A DNA stretch of 63,050 bases, filler included, from Ministeria vibrans ATCC 50519 (lineage: Eukaryota > Protista > Filasterea), in assembly GCA_943704425.1 (NCBI GenBank). It is 5 parts of 5 records of this genome, joined end to end, with 100 filler letters (N's around TTAATTAATTAA, not from the genome) between each part and the next. Parts side by side here need not be neighbours in the genome. Positions count along the whole stretch, not along the records: positions 59,963 to 63,050 come from CALSCP010002102.1; 4 more parts are not named here. One strand, given 5' to 3'. The notes beneath the pieces were generated by a model. That model was not told where the DNA came from. It saw only the letters and a list, made by a program, of their open reading frames with translations, and ran no database searches. Positions 59,963 to 63,050 of this stretch are shown here, piece by piece. Every line of letters begins with the position of its first letter. Position 1 is the first letter of the stretch. The position numbers and the translations under genes were made by a program.

Positions 59963-62951
59963 ACTACCGCTGTGCCTCAAATCAGCTGCCAGTCGATGGG
60001 CCAGTCAGAGGTACTAACAAAACGCTCAAACCGCTCTCTGTTTATCTCTTCCTCTCTCTCTCTTTAACTTTTTCTCTCTCTCTCTCTACTCTCTGTAGAT
60101 GGTCAACTTGGCCATCAACAAACTCATGGAACGAGGCTCGTCCTTGGCAGCAGGCCCTACGGCAGCACACAAGGCGTCTCGAAGGCGCTATCCCGCCGAG
60201 GAGAACGTCCTCACCTTTGGCCATCGGTTTCAGCGCGACTCGCGCGACAACATTCAAGGCGGCCTCAAAGACATCCCAGGGCTTATCCACACCGTGCCTA
60301 CCGCAGGTGTGACCACCGTCAAGGGAGCCTCCTGGGAGTTGCTGCTACAGCGCTGCGGTGACTATGCCATGCTCCACCTCCTCACCAACACCACCATCCT
60401 TGTGCCCGTGCAACACAGTCACAGCTGTTTCCTTCAGGTATGTGGCCCACCTCTCGCGTCGGCCGCTGTTGCAACCCCAGCGCTACGAGACCCCAGTGTA
60501 CACACTTTGCGTCTCAAACTACTCCCAAGACCCACCACGTCGAAGCACAAGAGGTCTAGGAAAAGTCGGAAGCGCAAGCACGAAAACATCCACCACGACG
60601 ACGACCAACCAAGTGCCCCCAAACGCCCCCGACTTGGCCCGGAAACCCAAATGTTCATGGTAGACTCGATCGTGGACGAAGAAGAGGAAGAGGAGCGTGA
60701 GACCCATGAGCAGCACAGAGACATCGAAATGGAGCGGCGCCCTTCTTCGACAGCCATACGAACGCGAAGACGGCGCGGTGGAAAGGCTGGACGACGTGCC
60801 ACGATGAAGCAGAAGAGGGAAGCAGTAAAGATCAAAGCAGCGAGATCAAAGGAGGAGGAGGAGAAGAAGAAAAAGGATGAGGAGACTAAAAAGGACAAAA
60901 CGAGAAGCTCAGGTTCGAACGCGATGCCCATTCCTCGACTGGTCAATCGAGTACGCATCTTCTACTCAGCCGGTCGTGAAGGACTTCCCTCGAACCACCC
61001 GATGTGTGTGTTTAGCAGTGCATCCAACCACAATGCTCGCCTCCTCCTTGCCAGCGTCTTTCTTCCGTCCACATACGCACGCCAACAGCGCACCACCCAC
61101 GCCACTGCCACAGCCACCTCCAAACTGCCTCGTCGCCCTCCGCTTCGTCTGCCCCGTTCCCTCCTCGCCGCCGTGCCTCTCTTTGCACGTCTTCTTGCAC
61201 GCCATACCAAGTGCGACTACCGTCGTCTTCTCAAGCACCACTGTCCACTCCCACACAGTCTCACTCGAACCACGCACTCGCAACAACCGCACACCCACAC
61301 CCAGTCTAATCACACCCAATTTTCTTCTCGTCCCGACTCGCAGCCCTTTGTCGAATCCTCTCCTCTTCTTCCTTCCTCCTCATCACACTCCATCCTTCCA
61401 CACTCCTCCTTTTGCTCCAACTCGTCATCCGCCGTCTCTCGCTCCACTCCCACTCTCATCGCCGAAATCACCCAAGCACGCGACCAACTGCACAACCCAA
61501 CACCCCACCTGCACACCACTGTCCCCGCCCCCATTCCCACTCCCACCGCCGCCGCAACCACTGCTCCATCTCATCGTCACCGTCGTCGCTTGAGCTATCA
61601 ACAGCTCATCGCGTCGCATCTCACATATCATCAAGTGACACGCTTTCTTCTTGCCTGCACCAACACACTCCTTCCACGCCCACTCATTGGCTGCGCGCAC
61701 AACCACAAAGTCTTCCACTCCCTTATTGCCTCCCTTGTGCGCATGCGTCGCTTTGAGCGACTTGGTGCCCAGCAGGTGCTCACCCACTGGCACACTCGCC
61801 ACCAGTGCATGCCCGCTCTCTCACCCTCCGGCCCAGGCAATAGCCGCAGTCACCACCGTGCTCAGGTGTGGATTCTCTGGCTTTTTAATGCGCTCCTTGT
61901 GCCCTTGCTGCGCCACTTTTTCTACGCCACTGAGAGTAGTGCCCACCGCAACCGCGTTTTTTACTACCGCAAACCCGTCTGGCACCGCATCGCCGCCCTC
62001 GGCCTGCGCCACGCCCACTCGCACCTCCTCACTCCAGTCTCTAAACGCCGTGCCCTCCGCATCCTCCAGTCCCGCCAGCTTGGCTTTTCTTTTCTCCGCT
62101 TCCTCCCCAAACGCTCCTCCCTTCGCACCATCATTAACATGGGCCGTCGTCCCACCCACTCCCGCTACCACACCCACTCCCGCAAACAACGCACCACCCC
62201 TCGTCGCGCTTCCTCCACATCCACCGAGGCCTTCTCTTCCATCAACAGTCTCCTTCGTGGCTGCTTCAACGTCCTCACGTACGAGAAGAACGTTGACACC
62301 GATCGAGTTCTTATCGGAAGGTACCACCTCTACTATCTACAGCACAAGGAAGAGAAAAGGGAAAAGTCGAGAGACATTGCTAATAATTGAAAAATATCTT
62401 CCTATTTACTAATAGTGCGGTCTTTGGACGCGACGAACTGTTCCCGCATCTCTCACCATTTATTCGGCACTGGCGGTCGCTGCGCAGCGAATCCACCGCA
62501 CCACCTCCGCTGTTTTTTGTCTCCGTCGACGTGTCGCGTGCGTTTGACACGATTGGCCAAGAGCGACTGCTGGGCATCCTCCAGCTGGTGTTGCAGCAGA
62601 ACGCGTACATGCTGCGTCGCTACTCGACGGTTGTGCACGCCGGGGGACGCCCTCGCGCCTCCTTTCGCACTCATGTCGCATCCGAGACGGACTATGACCC
62701 GTTTGAGCGCATTGCAGAGGGTCTCTGTGCCAGCAGCGCGAGCCGCAGTGGAACGGGCTGGGGTGTGAAGAAGTCAGTGCTGGCAGACCATGGGAAGCCT
62801 AATGTGCTCCATCGCGATGCACTCCTTGCCGATCTCCGTGAGCACCTGCTCAACAATCTTATTAAGATTGGGAAACAGTTTTACCGCACAAAACGCGGAA
62901 TTCCACAAGTAAGTGTGCGATCAAAATGAACAGCAGTGTGTCACAACGTTG

Positions 62952-62992
<41 letters not shown>

Positions 62993-63050
62993 TTGGTCTC
63001 AAAGGGCTCTGTGCTCTCCACTCTACTGTGCTCCTTCTTCTACGGCGACA
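59963..63050 (+). CDS. TERT: Telomerase reverse transcriptase (partial at both ends)
   Basis: TEN ENVLTFG and WELLLQRCGDYAMLHLL...FLQVCGPP; CP LLKHHCP; QFP QVTRFL...LIG; T motif FFYATE...VFYYRKPVW; motifs 1/2 LRFLPK...LRTIINM; motif A FFVSVDVSRAFDTI; motif B' GIPQ|GSVLSTLLCSFFYGD. Exons 59963-60010, 60099-62320, 62416-62908, 63006-end. Confidence 0.97.

Noticed and set aside
37515-63050. Linkage of the telomere array, MOV10-like helicase and TERT as one system
   Set aside because: They lie on three separate contigs joined by linkers, so adjacency carries no information.

Overview
Eukaryotic, intron-containing DNA from an opisthokont, most likely a unicellular holozoan (inferred from two HRDLAARN receptor tyrosine kinases, DNA polymerase gamma, TTAGGG telomere repeats and compact gene spacing). 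The window is not contiguous: it is five contigs joined by artificial 100-nt N44-TTAATTAATTAA-N44 linkers. Contig 1 (1-23511): intron-containing tRNA-Tyr, two paralogous giant RTKs that both carry a membrane-proximal ZU5-like domain with an HFS autoproteolysis motif, hydroxyacid oxidase, a four-exon LYR protein, a C4orf33 homolog and NOP53. Contig 2 (23612-37414): POLG, an orphan ORF, SDHAF2, NOG1 and an M1 aminopeptidase. Contig 3 (37515-57858): telomere-capped accessory region with TPR/NLR-like remnants, an Mx-like dynamin with an inserted domain, a 2.5-kb direct duplication, several orphan genes, a P-loop ATPase, a HEPN protein and a viral-type D5-like SF3 helicase. Contig 4 (57959-59862): MOV10/HELZ-like helicase fragment. 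Contig 5 (59963-63050): telomerase reverse transcriptase. Best candidates for new biology: (i) the subtelomeric conflict/defence island with a D5 helicase and (ii) self-cleaving ZU5 receptor tyrosine kinases. All family calls come from motif recognition by eye, not from database searches.
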